From Bacteroidaceae bacterium (lineage in GTDB: Bacteria; Bacillota_I; Bacilli_A; RF39; UBA660), in the NCBI GenBank assembly GCA_963616135.1, contig CAVEJT010000002.1:1-55604 (forward strand): a stretch of 55,604 nucleotides of DNA, given 5' to 3'. The notes beneath the pieces were generated by a model. That model did no database searches. It saw only the letters and a list, made by a program, of their open reading frames with translations, and was not told the DNA's origin. Below are positions 29,293-39,157 of the stretch, in pieces. The position numbers were made by a program, and so were the translations under genes. Every line of letters begins with the position of its first letter. Position 1 is the stretch's first letter.

Positions 29293-29844
29293 ATGTATGA
29301 ATATATAAAGGGTAAAGTAATAAACCAAGATAGTAATTATATAGTGGTTGATAACAATGGGGTAGGTTATTTAGTATATGTACCTAATCCTTATTCATTT
29401 GAATTAGATAAAGAATATATTGTATATGTTTATCAATATGTAAGAGAAGATGAAATGTCTTTATATGGATTTAAAACAAAAGAAGAAAAAAATTTATTTT
29501 TAAAATTAATAAATGTAAAAGGTTTAGGATGTAAAATGGCTCTTCCAATGCTTGCTACTGGTTCAATAGATGGTATTATGGATGCTATAGAAAGGGAAAA
29601 TATATTATATTTAAAGAAGTTCCCTAAGATAGGTGATAAGGTAGCTAGACAAATAATTTTAGATTTAAAAGGTAAACTTAATATGACAGTTACAAGCAAA
29701 AATAAAGAGTTAGATGAATTAGTAGATGTTTTAAAGGGATTAGGTTATAAACAAGCAGATATAAATAAAATATTACCTTCGATAAATGATAATTTGAATA
29801 TAGAAGATCAAATAAAGGAAGCATTAAAATTAATGTTGAAATAA
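29293..29844 (+). CDS. ruvA: Holliday junction branch migration complex subunit RuvA
   Basis: MYEYIKGKV..., LYGF, HhH motifs (VKGLGCKMA, FPKIGDKVARQI). Start at the ATG at 29293. Confidence 0.93.
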   Translation: MYEYIKGKVINQDSNYIVVDNNGVGYLVYVPNPYSFELDKEYIVYVYQYVREDEMSLYGFKTKEEKNLFLKLINVKGLGCKMALPMLATGSIDGIMDAIERENILYLKKFPKIGDKVARQIILDLKGKLNMTVTSKNKELDELVDVLKGLGYKQADINKILPSINDNLNIEDQIKEALKLMLK

Positions 29845-29846
29845 TT

Positions 29847-30347
29847 ATGAGAATAGGGATAGATATAGATGATACGTTACTTGATACAAGTAAATCTTTT
29901 GATAAAGTAATAAAAAAGTATAATGTTAATTTTTCAAAGAAACTAAATGATAAATGGACATCTGAAGAAAGAGAGTTTATATGTGCAAATTATATGTTTG
30001 AAACTTTAGTAAATGCTAAACCTAAAGAAAAGTCTCAAGAAGTTGTAAAGAAATTGCAAGAAGAAGGGCATAAATTATATGTTATAACTGCAAGAGGAAA
30101 TATTCATTGTAAAAATATAGAAGAAGAAACTTATAAAATAATAAAAAATCTATATAATATAGATGAGTTTTATTTTGGATATTCTAATAAACAAGATAAA
30201 GCAAAGTCCCTAAAGTTGGATTTAATGATAGATGACAATATAAGTGTTTATAATAGTATTAAAAATATAGGTATAGACTGCATTTTATTTGGAGATAAAA
30301 TTAAGACATGGGATGGAGTTTTAAAATATATAGAAAGTGGTGATTAG
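29847..30347 (+). CDS. HAD-superfamily hydrolase, 5'(3')-deoxyribonucleotidase-like
   Basis: DIDDTLLD (DxDxT) motif, ITAR, DDN. Inserted between ruvA and ruvB. Confidence 0.55.
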   Translation: MRIGIDIDDTLLDTSKSFDKVIKKYNVNFSKKLNDKWTSEEREFICANYMFETLVNAKPKEKSQEVVKKLQEEGHKLYVITARGNIHCKNIEEETYKIIKNLYNIDEFYFGYSNKQDKAKSLKLDLMIDDNISVYNSIKNIGIDCILFGDKIKTWDGVLKYIESGD

Positions 30348-31343
30348 TTGGAACGATTAATAAGTGAAGAAGAAACAATAGAAGATAATTTTGAACAAAA
30401 TATAAGACCAGACACTTTAGATGATTATGTTGGTCAAACTGAAGTTAAAGAGAATTTATCTATATTTATAAAAGCTGCAAAGTTAAGAGAAGAGACTTTA
30501 GATCATGTATTATTATATGGTCCACCTGGGCTAGGTAAGACAACTCTTGCATTTATAATTGCTAATGAATTAGGAAGTAATATAAAAACTGCAAGTGGTC
30601 CTTCAATTGAAAAAAGTGGTGATTTAGCAGCTATATTATCATCATTAGAGCCTGGTGATGTATTGTTTATAGATGAAATACATAGAATGCCAAGATTTGT
30701 AGAAGAAATATTATACTCAGCTATGGAAGATTTTACATTAGATATAGTTGTTGGTAATGATTCTTCTAGTAGAAATATTAAAATAGATTTGCCACCGTTC
30801 ACACTTGTTGGGGCAACAACGAGAGCAGGAGATTTAACTAGTCCTTTAAGAGATAGATTTGGAATAATAAATAAATTAAATTATTATACAGAAGAGGAAT
30901 TAAAACAAATTGCCCTTAGAACTAGTAGAGTTTTAAATTGTCCAATAGATATAGATGCAGCAGGTGAGCTTGCTAGAAGAAGTAGAGGCACACCACGTAT
31001 TTGTAATAGATTATTTAAAAGAGTTCGAGATTTTGCTTTAGTTATGGGAAACGGCAATATAGATCTAAAAATTACAAAACATGCATTAGATAAACTAAAA
31101 GTTGATAGTTTAGGTTTAGATGAAACTGACTATAATTTATTAAAATCTATAATAGAAAAATTCAATGGTGGACCTGTTGGAATTGAAGCAATTGCATCTT
31201 CAATAGGTGAAGAACAAACTACAATAGAAGATGTATATGAACCATATTTACTTCAAAGAGGTCTTTTAAAAAGAACACCTAGAGGAAGAATTGTTACAGA
31301 GAAAGCTTATAAACATTTGGGTATAGCTTATAAAGAAAAATAA
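30348..31343 (+). CDS. ruvB: Holliday junction branch migration DNA helicase RuvB
   Basis: [33 protein letters not shown]. Confidence 0.97.
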   Translation: MERLISEEETIEDNFEQNIRPDTLDDYVGQTEVKENLSIFIKAAKLREETLDHVLLYGPPGLGKTTLAFIIANELGSNIKTASGPSIEKSGDLAAILSSLEPGDVLFIDEIHRMPRFVEEILYSAMEDFTLDIVVGNDSSSRNIKIDLPPFTLVGATTRAGDLTSPLRDRFGIINKLNYYTEEELKQIALRTSRVLNCPIDIDAAGELARRSRGTPRICNRLFKRVRDFALVMGNGNIDLKITKHALDKLKVDSLGLDETDYNLLKSIIEKFNGGPVGIEAIASSIGEEQTTIEDVYEPYLLQRGLLKRTPRGRIVTEKAYKHLGIAYKEK

Positions 31344-31383
31344 TAAATTAATGTAATTTGCAAATAATATTAAAGGTGATAAT

Positions 31384-32448
31384 ATGAAAAAAATCTTAGT
31401 GGCATTATTAATTTTATTATTGTTTGGATGTTCTAGTAGTAAAGAGATTAAGAAACAACAAAAAGATGCAATAGAAGAATCGCCTAAAGAAGAAAAAGTA
31501 TTAACAGAAGAAGATTATAAAAACAATAATGTGGATGAGTTAGGGGAAGTACCTATTATGATGTATCATGGTATTCATAATAAAAAAAACAGTGAAACAA
31601 AGTATACTGGTGGAAATGTTGATAAGGATGGATATCAAAGAACTAGTGAAGCTTTCGCAAATGATTTGGAATTTTATTATAATTCTGGATATAGAATGAT
31701 TAGACTTACTGACTATGTAGATGGTAATATAGATGTTGAACTTGGAAAAAGCCCTATTATTTTAACATTTGATGATGGATTAGAAAATGCTATAAAAGTA
31801 ACAGGAGTAGATTCTAAAGGAAATATTATAATAGATCCAAATAGTGCGGTAGGAATTTTAGAAGATTTTAAGAAAAAATATCCAGATTATAATGTAACTG
31901 CAACTTTCTTTGTAAATGGTGGAATATTTCAACAAGAAGAGTATAATGAAAAAATATTAAAATGGTTAATAGATAACGGATATGATATTGGAAATCACAC
32001 ATATACACATGTAAATTTTAGTCAAGTTGACTCAAATAAATCAATAGAAGAAGTTGGAAAACTTTATGAATTACTTGATAAAATAATACCTGAAAAATAT
32101 GTTAATATAGTAGCTCTTCCATTTGGTTCTCCATATAAATTGGATCATGAAAATATGCAATATATATTTAATACAAACTATAATGGAAAAGAGTATATTA
32201 CAAAATCAACTTTAAGAGTTGGTTGGAAAAGTGAAAGTTCTCCATTTTCTCAAGATTTTAATCCAAAATTTTTAAAAAGAATAAGGGCCTATGATAATGA
32301 TGGTAAAGAATTTGATATAGAAATGAATTTTAAATTGTTAGAAAATAATAGATATATATCTGATGGAAATAAAGATACAATAGTAGTACCAAAGACAGAA
32401 GAACAATTAATAAAACAGACATATGGAAAGAAAATAATAACTTATTAG
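31384..32448 (+). CDS. polysaccharide deacetylase family lipoprotein
   Basis: Lipobox LLLFGC. NodB motifs LTFDDG and GNHTYTH. Confidence 0.85.
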   Translation: MKKILVALLILLLFGCSSSKEIKKQQKDAIEESPKEEKVLTEEDYKNNNVDELGEVPIMMYHGIHNKKNSETKYTGGNVDKDGYQRTSEAFANDLEFYYNSGYRMIRLTDYVDGNIDVELGKSPIILTFDDGLENAIKVTGVDSKGNIIIDPNSAVGILEDFKKKYPDYNVTATFFVNGGIFQQEEYNEKILKWLIDNGYDIGNHTYTHVNFSQVDSNKSIEEVGKLYELLDKIIPEKYVNIVALPFGSPYKLDHENMQYIFNTNYNGKEYITKSTLRVGWKSESSPFSQDFNPKFLKRIRAYDNDGKEFDIEMNFKLLENNRYISDGNKDTIVVPKTEEQLIKQTYGKKIITY

Positions 32449-32528
32449 AGAATAGTTTTACATTATTCTCTTTTAGTTTACAAAATTAGAAAAATATGAT
32501 ATATTATTTTTAGTTAGTGAGGGATATT

Positions 32529-33767
32529 ATGAATATGCAAAGGACTTATTATGATATACTAGGAGTAGAACAAGATGCGAGTTTTGAAAATATAGAGAAA
32601 GCTAGAAATAGGATGAAATATGGTGAACCCGAAGATAGAGTTCCTTTTAGAATGTGGAAAGATGTAGATGAAGCTTATGATGTATTATCAAATCCAATAT
32701 CTAGAAAAAACTATGATGAATCATTAAAAGAAAAGAAAAATGAACCAACACCAGAGCCAACACCAGAACCAGAGCCAACATCACAACCAGAGCCAACATC
32801 ACAACCAGAGCCAACACCACAGTCAGAGCCAACACCAGAGCCAGAGCCAACACCAGAGCCAGAGCCAACACCAGAACCAGAGCCAGAACCAAAATCAGAG
32901 TTATATAATCAATTCAATGAACAACAATTAAATCCTTCTAAATTTAATTCATTTATGAAAAGTAAAGTAAAACCAAAAGCAATTAAAATTGGAGAATATT
33001 TGCCAGTATTGGCATTACCATTACCATTTGCAATAACTTTTGCTTTTGTTCAAAAACATTTATATAAAAAATATGGAAAAGGTGCAATAACTTTAATTCG
33101 AGATAATCATATTAAAAAGATAAAAGATTTAAAAATAGAAACTGGAGTAATGGATTTAGAGAAAGAGTATGAAGAAAAATTATCAAATGAAATAGATAAT
33201 TTATTATCAAAACCTCATAATAACTATAGTCTTCAAATAAAAAAGCTTAGATATCAAAATCATTTAGAATTGTGGAAAAAAATGTTTGAGACTAAATTAA
33301 ATGAAATTCAAAAAAACAAGTCCAGTTTGAAAACTAGGTTAGAGTTAATTTCAATAAAAAATCAAATATTAAATTCAGAGTCTAAATTGAAAAGAATAGA
33401 AAATTCTATAGAAAAATATAATAAAATTACTAATGTAGGTGTATTAAAAAATGATGAATTTGAATTTGAGTCTCGTTTATCTAGATTAAATAAATCAATT
33501 TCAGATAAAATGCAAAAAATAAATGATATCAAAGATGATCCTAATTCTTTGAAATTAGAAAAAGAACAGTCAAAATTAAAAAAACTTGTTATAAAAAGAA
33601 ACATAAAGGGTTCAAAAATTAAACTTCAAAAGGGTGGTATTGGTAAGGTAGCTAAGTTATCAAATCCTAATATAATAACAACCCATAATGTAAAGAAAAT
33701 GGATGATAGTGAATTTATTAATTATATAACTGATTTTTCTAATGAAAAATCAAGTAAAGTAAAATAA
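32529..33767 (+). CDS. J-domain-like membrane protein with a Pro/Glu/Thr repeat linker and a coiled-coil tail
   Basis: YYDILGV...[15 protein letters not shown] frame of a J domain, but no HPD tripeptide. PEPEPT repeats, one TM ([17 protein letters not shown]), K/E-rich C-terminus. Confidence 0.6.
   Translation: MNMQRTYYDILGVEQDASFENIEKARNRMKYGEPEDRVPFRMWKDVDEAYDVLSNPISRKNYDESLKEKKNEPTPEPTPEPEPTSQPEPTSQPEPTPQSEPTPEPEPTPEPEPTPEPEPEPKSELYNQFNEQQLNPSKFNSFMKSKVKPKAIKIGEYLPVLALPLPFAITFAFVQKHLYKKYGKGAITLIRDNHIKKIKDLKIETGVMDLEKEYEEKLSNEIDNLLSKPHNNYSLQIKKLRYQNHLELWKKMFETKLNEIQKNKSSLKTRLELISIKNQILNSESKLKRIENSIEKYNKITNVGVLKNDEFEFESRLSRLNKSISDKMQKINDIKDDPNSLKLEKEQSKLKKLVIKRNIKGSKIKLQKGGIGKVAKLSNPNIITTHNVKKMDDSEFINYITDFSNEKSSKVK
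32742..32890 (+). repeat. in-frame tandem repeat (12-18 nt units, CCAGAGCCAACA-type) encoding (E/T/S/Q)P-rich repeats
   Basis: Directly visible reiteration of ccagagccaaca(cca/tcacaa) and ccagagccagagccaaca. Confidence 0.9.
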
Positions 33768-33791
33768 AAAAAGCATATTTTCAATGCTTTT

Positions 33792-33965
33792 TTATTTTTC
33801 AACTTTATTTAATGTTCTTTTTTCTCTAGCGCTCATTCTTACTTTAGTACCATCTTCTAATGTAACTAATTGTAAATTTACTTTTTGAGCATGTTTAGTA
33901 GCTCTACAAGAATGAGATCTTCTATTACCAGATAATGGTTTTTTATTAGTTGCTTTAACTGCCAT
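33792..33965 (-). CDS. rpmB: 50S ribosomal protein L28
   Basis: MAVKATNKKPLSGNRRSHSCRATKHAQKVNLQ..., GGAGGA RBS. The track ORF is over-extended at the 5' end. Confidence 0.95.
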   Translation of the reverse strand: MAVKATNKKPLSGNRRSHSCRATKHAQKVNLQLVTLEDGTKVRMSAREKRTLNKVEK

Positions 33966-34048
33966 AATATTCCTCCATTCAAAGTTTTTCTTCCTATGCC
34001 AATAAAGTTTATCATATTTTTTGTGATATGTCAACAAAATTTAATAAA

Positions 34049-34411
34049 TTAAGGGCTTAACCAGCTAAAATACGGTATATTTCTTAATATTCCAAATACT
34101 ATAGCTAATACTATAATTGTATATAATATAGAATTTTTAATTGTGATATTTTTCTTTGTTATTACTTTTATTAAATTTAGTATTATAAACAAAATTAATA
34201 ATATAAATGCAAAACAATTATAATGAAATGCATCTATAAATTTTAATCTTATTATAGATATAAACATTCTAGTAATACCACATCCAGGGCAATAAAGACC
34301 AGTTATTTTATGAAATATGCAAGGAATTGGATATCCTGTTAAATATAAAAATAGTATTATAAAAAAGAATATCATTATTATAATATATTCTTTTTTGTTT
34401 TTTTTAAGCAT
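34049..34411 (-). CDS. DUF2752 domain membrane protein
   Basis: CPGCGITR motif between TM helices. Confidence 0.75.
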   Translation of the reverse strand: MLKKNKKEYIIIMIFFFIILFLYLTGYPIPCIFHKITGLYCPGCGITRMFISIIRLKFIDAFHYNCFAFILLILFIILNLIKVITKKNITIKNSILYTIIVLAIVFGILRNIPYFSWLSP

Positions 34412-34751
34412 TTATTAATTTATTTAAATCACTTTGGATTAAACATTCAGCAACTATTCCAAGTCCAAATATATAAAGAACTAAATATAATACTGAATTA
34501 TCTGAAATATTAATATTCTTTTTTTCTCCAGCACTCGCTAAAGATTTACCCATTTTATATGCCCAATAGTATCCATAAATTCCACATGTAATTAAAGTTA
34601 ATAAAAATGCAGTACCACCCGAAGTATTAAATTCAACTCCATCATTTAATCTAACTGCATCGTCAGTCATAGATATAAACCAAATAATTCCATAAATTCC
34701 GCATGTAAAAATAGATAGTATTATACATAATGCAATATTTTTTTCTTTCAT
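34404..34751 (-). CDS. DUF4234 domain membrane protein
   Basis: Duplicated CGIYG(I/Y)(I/Y)W TM motif. Overlaps the downstream gene by 8 nt. Confidence 0.75.
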   Translation of the reverse strand: MKEKNIALCIILSIFTCGIYGIIWFISMTDDAVRLNDGVEFNTSGGTAFLLTLITCGIYGYYWAYKMGKSLASAGEKKNINISDNSVLYLVLYIFGLGIVAECLIQSDLNKLINA

Positions 34752-34856
34752 AAAACACTCCTTCCTATTAAAACTATATCATATTTATGTAGTTTAAACA
34801 ATAAATATTTAAAAAAAATAAAAATTATAGTAAAATATATGTAGGAGGGATAGATT

Positions 34857-37775
34857 ATGTATACACCATTTTATATTAAGACAGATAACAGTTTACAAAC
34901 TTCGTTAATTAAAATAAAAAATTTAATAGAGTTTGCTAAAAAAAATAATATAAAATCTTTATCTATAACAGATAATAATATGTATGGTGTTATGGATTTT
35001 TATAAAATGTGTATAAATAATGATATCAAACCTATAATAGGTTTAGAAATTGTGTATAACTTTAAAAAAATAGTTTTATATGCAATAAATTATGATGGAT
35101 ATAAGAATTTAATAAAGTTATGCACACTTTCTTCATATAAACAAATTGAAATAACTGATTTAGAAGAACATTCTAAAAGTTTAGTGTGCATAACATCTTC
35201 TGTTGAACTTTATAATGAGCTAAAACCACTTTATGAGTATATCTATATTTCATATAAAAATAGAGAAGAAATGGATAATATAAAAGAAAAAAATAAAATA
35301 TATATGAATGAAACTTTGTATATAAATAAAATTGATAAAGAATTAATAAAATATATAGATGCAATAAGAGAAGGAAAGACAATAGATAATATTGATAGTA
35401 CTCACTATGATAATTATATATTGACAGAAGATGAGTATAATACTAATTATAGTGAAAGTATAGATAATAATCATTTTATAACAGATTTATGTAATGTAGA
35501 AATACCTTTTAAACAAAAATTAATGCCTTCATACATCAATCAAGAAGGTGTAGATAGTTATACTTATTTAAAGAAAAAATGTATAGAAGGATTAAGAAAA
35601 CATTTTGGTAATACAGTTCAAGAAATATATAAAGAAAGACTTAAATATGAATTAAATATAATAAACAAAATGGGATTCTGCGATTATTTTTTAATTGTAT
35701 CCGATTATGTAAAGTTTGCTAAAGACAACAATATAATAGTAGGCTCTGGTAGGGGAAGTGCAGTTGGTTCACTAGTATCATATTGTTTAATGATAACTGA
35801 TGTAGATCCAATAAAATATAATTTGTTATTTGAAAGATTTTTGAATCCGGAACGTGTAAGTATGCCAGATATTGATATAGATTTTGAACATGAAAAAAGA
35901 GAAGATGTAATTAATTATTGTATTAATAAGTATGGTAAAAAGAAAGTAGTACCTATAATAACATTTGGAACATTAGGAGCTAAACAAGCAATAAGGGATG
36001 TTTGCAAAGTTTTAGATATTGAACAAGGTCTTGTAGATAATTTATGTAAATTAATAGATTCAAAGAAATCGTTAATGGAAAATTATAATGAAAACAAAAA
36101 AATAAAAGAGTTATTAGATAGAAAAAGTAAACTTAAGGAAGCTTATAATATTTCAGTAAAATTGGAAGGTTTAAAAAGACATACATCAATACATGCTGCT
36201 GGAGTTATTATGTCTAATATAGATTTAGATGAGGTAATACCACTTGATAAAAGTCATGATTTCTATGTAAGTGGATATGATATGACTTATTTAGAAGAAC
36301 TTGGTTTACTTAAAATGGACTTTTTAGCTATCAAATATTTAACTACAATTCATAATATAATAGATAGTATAAATAAAAGACATAATTTAAGTATAAAATT
36401 TGATTCTATACCACTTAATGATCCAAAAGCAATAAGTGTATTTACTAAAGCAGATACTATTGGTATATTCCAATTTGAATCAGATGGTATGATTAACTTT
36501 TTAAGAAAATTAAAAGTAAGTAATATGAATGATTTATTTGCTGCAATTGCTTTATTTAGACCAGGTCCTATGAAAAATATACCTACATATATAAATAGAA
36601 AAAATGGTAAAGAAAGAATAGATTATATAGATCCATCATTAGAACAAATTTTAAAACCTACGTATGGTATTATGATATATCAAGAACAAATAATGCAAAT
36701 CGCACAAATTATGGCAAATTATTCATTGGGTGAAGCAGATATATTAAGAAAAGCTATGAGTAAAAAGAAAAAAGATATATTACTTATGGAAGAAGAAAAG
36801 TTTACAAAAAGAGCTATTGATAAAGGCTATGATAAAGTATTAGTTAAAAATGTATTTGATTTGATGCTTAAATTTGCAGAATATGGATTTAACAAATCAC
36901 ATTCAATAGGTTATTCAATAGTAGCATACAAAATGGCATATTTGAAGGCATATTTTCCTAAAGAATTTATTACATATTTATTATCTATGGAGATTAATGA
37001 TAGTAATAAAACAAAGCAATATATATATGAGGCAAAAAAGAATAATATAAAAATTTTAATGCCAGATATTAATTTAAGTAATAAAAAATATGAAATAGAA
37101 GACAACGGTATTAGATATCCACTTACTAATATAAAAAATGTTGGAATACTTACTACCGATTTTATAATTAAAGAAAGAGAATCCGGTAAATTTGTAGATA
37201 TTTATGATTTTATTAGAAGATGTTATGGAAGAGGAGTTAATAGTAAGACATTAGAATCTTTAATATATTCAGGTGCACTTGATAGCTTTGGTTATAATAG
37301 AATGACATTAGTAGAGAATCTTGATTTAATTATAAATTATGGAGAGTTAATTAAAGATTTAGATAGAGAATATGCTCTAGAACCTGAACTTGCTATAAAA
37401 GATGAGTTTTCTAAAAAAGAATTATTGGCTCATGAGCTTGAATTGTTTGGATTTTATTTAAGTGATAATCCAATTACAGATATTAAAAACAAATTAAATA
37501 ATATTGTTAATTTAAATGAAATAGAACTTTATTTTGATAAAATAATAAATTCAGTAGCTATTATAGATAAGATAAAAGAAATAACAACATCTAAAGGAGA
37601 AAGTATGTGTTTTATAACAGGAAGCGATGAAGTATCACAAGCTGATATAGTGTTATTTCCTCGTGTGTATGAGAAAGTTGATATAAAAGTAGGGGATACT
37701 ATATTAATTCAAGGTAAAGTAGAAAAGAGATTTGATAAATATCAAATTGTTGTAAATAAATTAAAAAAATTATAA
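34857..37775 (+). CDS. dnaE: DNA polymerase III alpha subunit DnaE
   Basis: PHP domain N-terminus, GSGRGSAVGSLVSYCL, PDIDIDF, HAAGV, FNKSH motifs. Confidence 0.97.
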   Translation: MYTPFYIKTDNSLQTSLIKIKNLIEFAKKNNIKSLSITDNNMYGVMDFYKMCINNDIKPIIGLEIVYNFKKIVLYAINYDGYKNLIKLCTLSSYKQIEITDLEEHSKSLVCITSSVELYNELKPLYEYIYISYKNREEMDNIKEKNKIYMNETLYINKIDKELIKYIDAIREGKTIDNIDSTHYDNYILTEDEYNTNYSESIDNNHFITDLCNVEIPFKQKLMPSYINQEGVDSYTYLKKKCIEGLRKHFGNTVQEIYKERLKYELNIINKMGFCDYFLIVSDYVKFAKDNNIIVGSGRGSAVGSLVSYCLMITDVDPIKYNLLFERFLNPERVSMPDIDIDFEHEKREDVINYCINKYGKKKVVPIITFGTLGAKQAIRDVCKVLDIEQGLVDNLCKLIDSKKSLMENYNENKKIKELLDRKSKLKEAYNISVKLEGLKRHTSIHAAGVIMSNIDLDEVIPLDKSHDFYVSGYDMTYLEELGLLKMDFLAIKYLTTIHNIIDSINKRHNLSIKFDSIPLNDPKAISVFTKADTIGIFQFESDGMINFLRKLKVSNMNDLFAAIALFRPGPMKNIPTYINRKNGKERIDYIDPSLEQILKPTYGIMIYQEQIMQIAQIMANYSLGEADILRKAMSKKKKDILLMEEEKFTKRAIDKGYDKVLVKNVFDLMLKFAEYGFNKSHSIGYSIVAYKMAYLKAYFPKEFITYLLSMEINDSNKTKQYIYEAKKNNIKILMPDINLSNKKYEIEDNGIRYPLTNIKNVGILTTDFIIKERESGKFVDIYDFIRRCYGRGVNSKTLESLIYSGALDSFGYNRMTLVENLDLIINYGELIKDLDREYALEPELAIKDEFSKKELLAHELELFGFYLSDNPITDIKNKLNNIVNLNEIELYFDKIINSVAIIDKIKEITTSKGESMCFITGSDEVSQADIVLFPRVYEKVDIKVGDTILIQGKVEKRFDKYQIVVNKLKKL

Positions 37776-37863
37776 AGTCGAAAAAAAGTATATGAAAATA
37801 TTCCATTTTTATTAATTATGTGTTAAAATACTTATAGTAGACGTTAGAATTGGAGGAATAAAC

Positions 37864-38265
37864 ATGGGTTTTATCAAAGGTTTATTTAATGATAAAGAGG
37901 AAAATCAAGCTGGTAACAGTAATGAATACTATGATTTAAAAGCAGAGGATGCGCTTACTGAGGAAGGTGGAGCTAAGATGATTCTTTTAGAACCACGTGC
38001 TTATTCAGAAGCTCAACAAATAGCTGATCATTTGAAAAAAAGAAATACAGTAGTAGTAAATTTAAAAAGAGTTACAAGTGATCAAGCTAAAAGAATCATG
38101 GATTTCTTAAGTGGTACTATATATGCGATTAAGGGTAATATACAAAAGATTGGTAGTGGAATTTTTTTGTGTACTCCAAATAACATAAATGTACAAGGTA
38201 AGATTACTGATGATAATGATAAAGAAAAAGAAACTGATGAAGATAATATTAATCTAGAATGGTAA
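37864..38265 (+). CDS. sepF: cell division protein SepF
   Basis: [25 protein letters not shown]...[14 protein letters not shown] motif. Confidence 0.9.
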   Translation: MGFIKGLFNDKEENQAGNSNEYYDLKAEDALTEEGGAKMILLEPRAYSEAQQIADHLKKRNTVVVNLKRVTSDQAKRIMDFLSGTIYAIKGNIQKIGSGIFLCTPNNINVQGKITDDNDKEKETDEDNINLEW

Positions 38266-38273
38266 AAAAATAC

Positions 38274-38302
38274 TTGAAAAATTAGAATATGTGTGCTAAT
38301 AT
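38274..38302 (+). promoter_or_regulatory. sigma-A promoter TTGAAA-17-(TGc)TAATAT for divIVA
   Basis: TTGAAA at 38274-38279, TAATAT at 38297-38302. Shares the 12-nt GTGTGCTAATAT block with the promoter at 3231-3242. Confidence 0.55.
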
Positions 38303-38328
38303 ATTAAGCACAGCGTTTGAGGGTAGAG

Positions 38329-38811
38329 ATGCTTATGGAAAATAATAGGACATTTAAAAATTATACTCCCGAAGAGGTTGATAGATTCTTGGATCAAATT
38401 ATCAAACAAGTAGAAAAGATGATTGATGATAATAAGATAAAAAATCAAGAAATTGCTTTAAAAGATAAGAGGATTAAAGAATTGGAGAGCATGTTAGAGG
38501 GAACTAAAGGTGCAAGGGAGAAGCTTGCTCACTATGAAAGACTTGAAGGAACTTTAAATAGGGCACTTATGATGGCTCAAAAAACTTCAGATCAAATTAA
38601 ATCTAATGCTCATAAAGAATCTGAAATAATCTTAGAGGATGCTAAAAAGAATGCTAGTCGTATAGTTAATGAATCCCTACTCAAAGCAGAAAAAACAGAA
38701 ATGGAAGCAGAAATGCTTAAAAGAAATGTTAATGTATTCAAACGTAAATTAAGAGGAATAATAGAAGCTCAACTAGAAATGGTTGATGATATTGAAAAAG
38801 TAGATTTTTAA
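38329..38811 (+). CDS. divIVA: DivIVA domain-containing cell division protein
   Basis: FKNYTPEEVDRFLDQI N-terminal DivIVA motif and a coiled coil. The start is ambiguous (38317 TTG, 38329 ATG or 38335 ATG). Confidence 0.85.
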   Translation: MLMENNRTFKNYTPEEVDRFLDQIIKQVEKMIDDNKIKNQEIALKDKRIKELESMLEGTKGAREKLAHYERLEGTLNRALMMAQKTSDQIKSNAHKESEIILEDAKKNASRIVNESLLKAEKTEMEAEMLKRNVNVFKRKLRGIIEAQLEMVDDIEKVDF

Positions 38812-38814
38812 AAC

Positions 38815-39020
38815 ATTTGATGGAGACGATATAATAAGTATCTTAAAGAGAGCTTGTGGTTGGTGCAAACAAGTAAGTGATTATTATATAAATCACTCTT
38901 GATGTTTTTGATGGATAAGATTAAAACGGTAACGCGTTATAGTTTAAAGATAATAGTAACTATTATGAAATAGGGTGGTACAGTCTATATTAGGCCCCTA
39001 TGTCATAGTAGTTTTTTTAT
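38815..39020 (+). promoter_or_regulatory. T-box riboswitch leader (presumed tRNA-Ile responsive) with terminator
   Basis: AGAGAG at 38847-38852, distal-loop GGTGCAAA at 38862-38869, and T-box core AAATAGGGTGGTAC at 38968-38981. Terminator helix 38958-38967 / 39004-39013, then a T-run. Confidence 0.8.
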
Positions 39021-39031
39021 TAGGAGGGTTT

Positions 39032-39136
39032 ATGGAAAAAGTAGAGGATAAAATAAAAAGATATCAAAAACAGGCAGAAGAATTAAAATGTATAAGAAAA
39101 GAAATAGAAAGACAATATAAAGAATTTAAACATTAA
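39032..39136 (+). CDS. candidate 34-aa micro-ORF (MEKVEDKIKRYQKQAEELKCIRKEIERQYKEFKH)
   Basis: AGGAGGG RBS 6 nt upstream of the ATG. Lies between the T-box terminator and the ileS RBS. Below the ORF-track length cutoff. Confidence 0.35.
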   Translation: MEKVEDKIKRYQKQAEELKCIRKEIERQYKEFKH

Positions 39137-39157
39137 GTAAAAAAATGGGAGGTAAAA

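Noticed and set aside
32701-32931. ORFs 32701..32892 (-) and 32740..32931 (+) with repetitive LALV / QSQH peptides
   Set aside because: They are alternative-frame readings of the PEPT tandem repeat inside the J-like protein gene, and so are repeat artifacts.
37776-37790. AGTCGAA near-match to a Spo0A box upstream of sepF
   Set aside because: It matches only 6 of 7 positions, occurs once, and has no phased partner.
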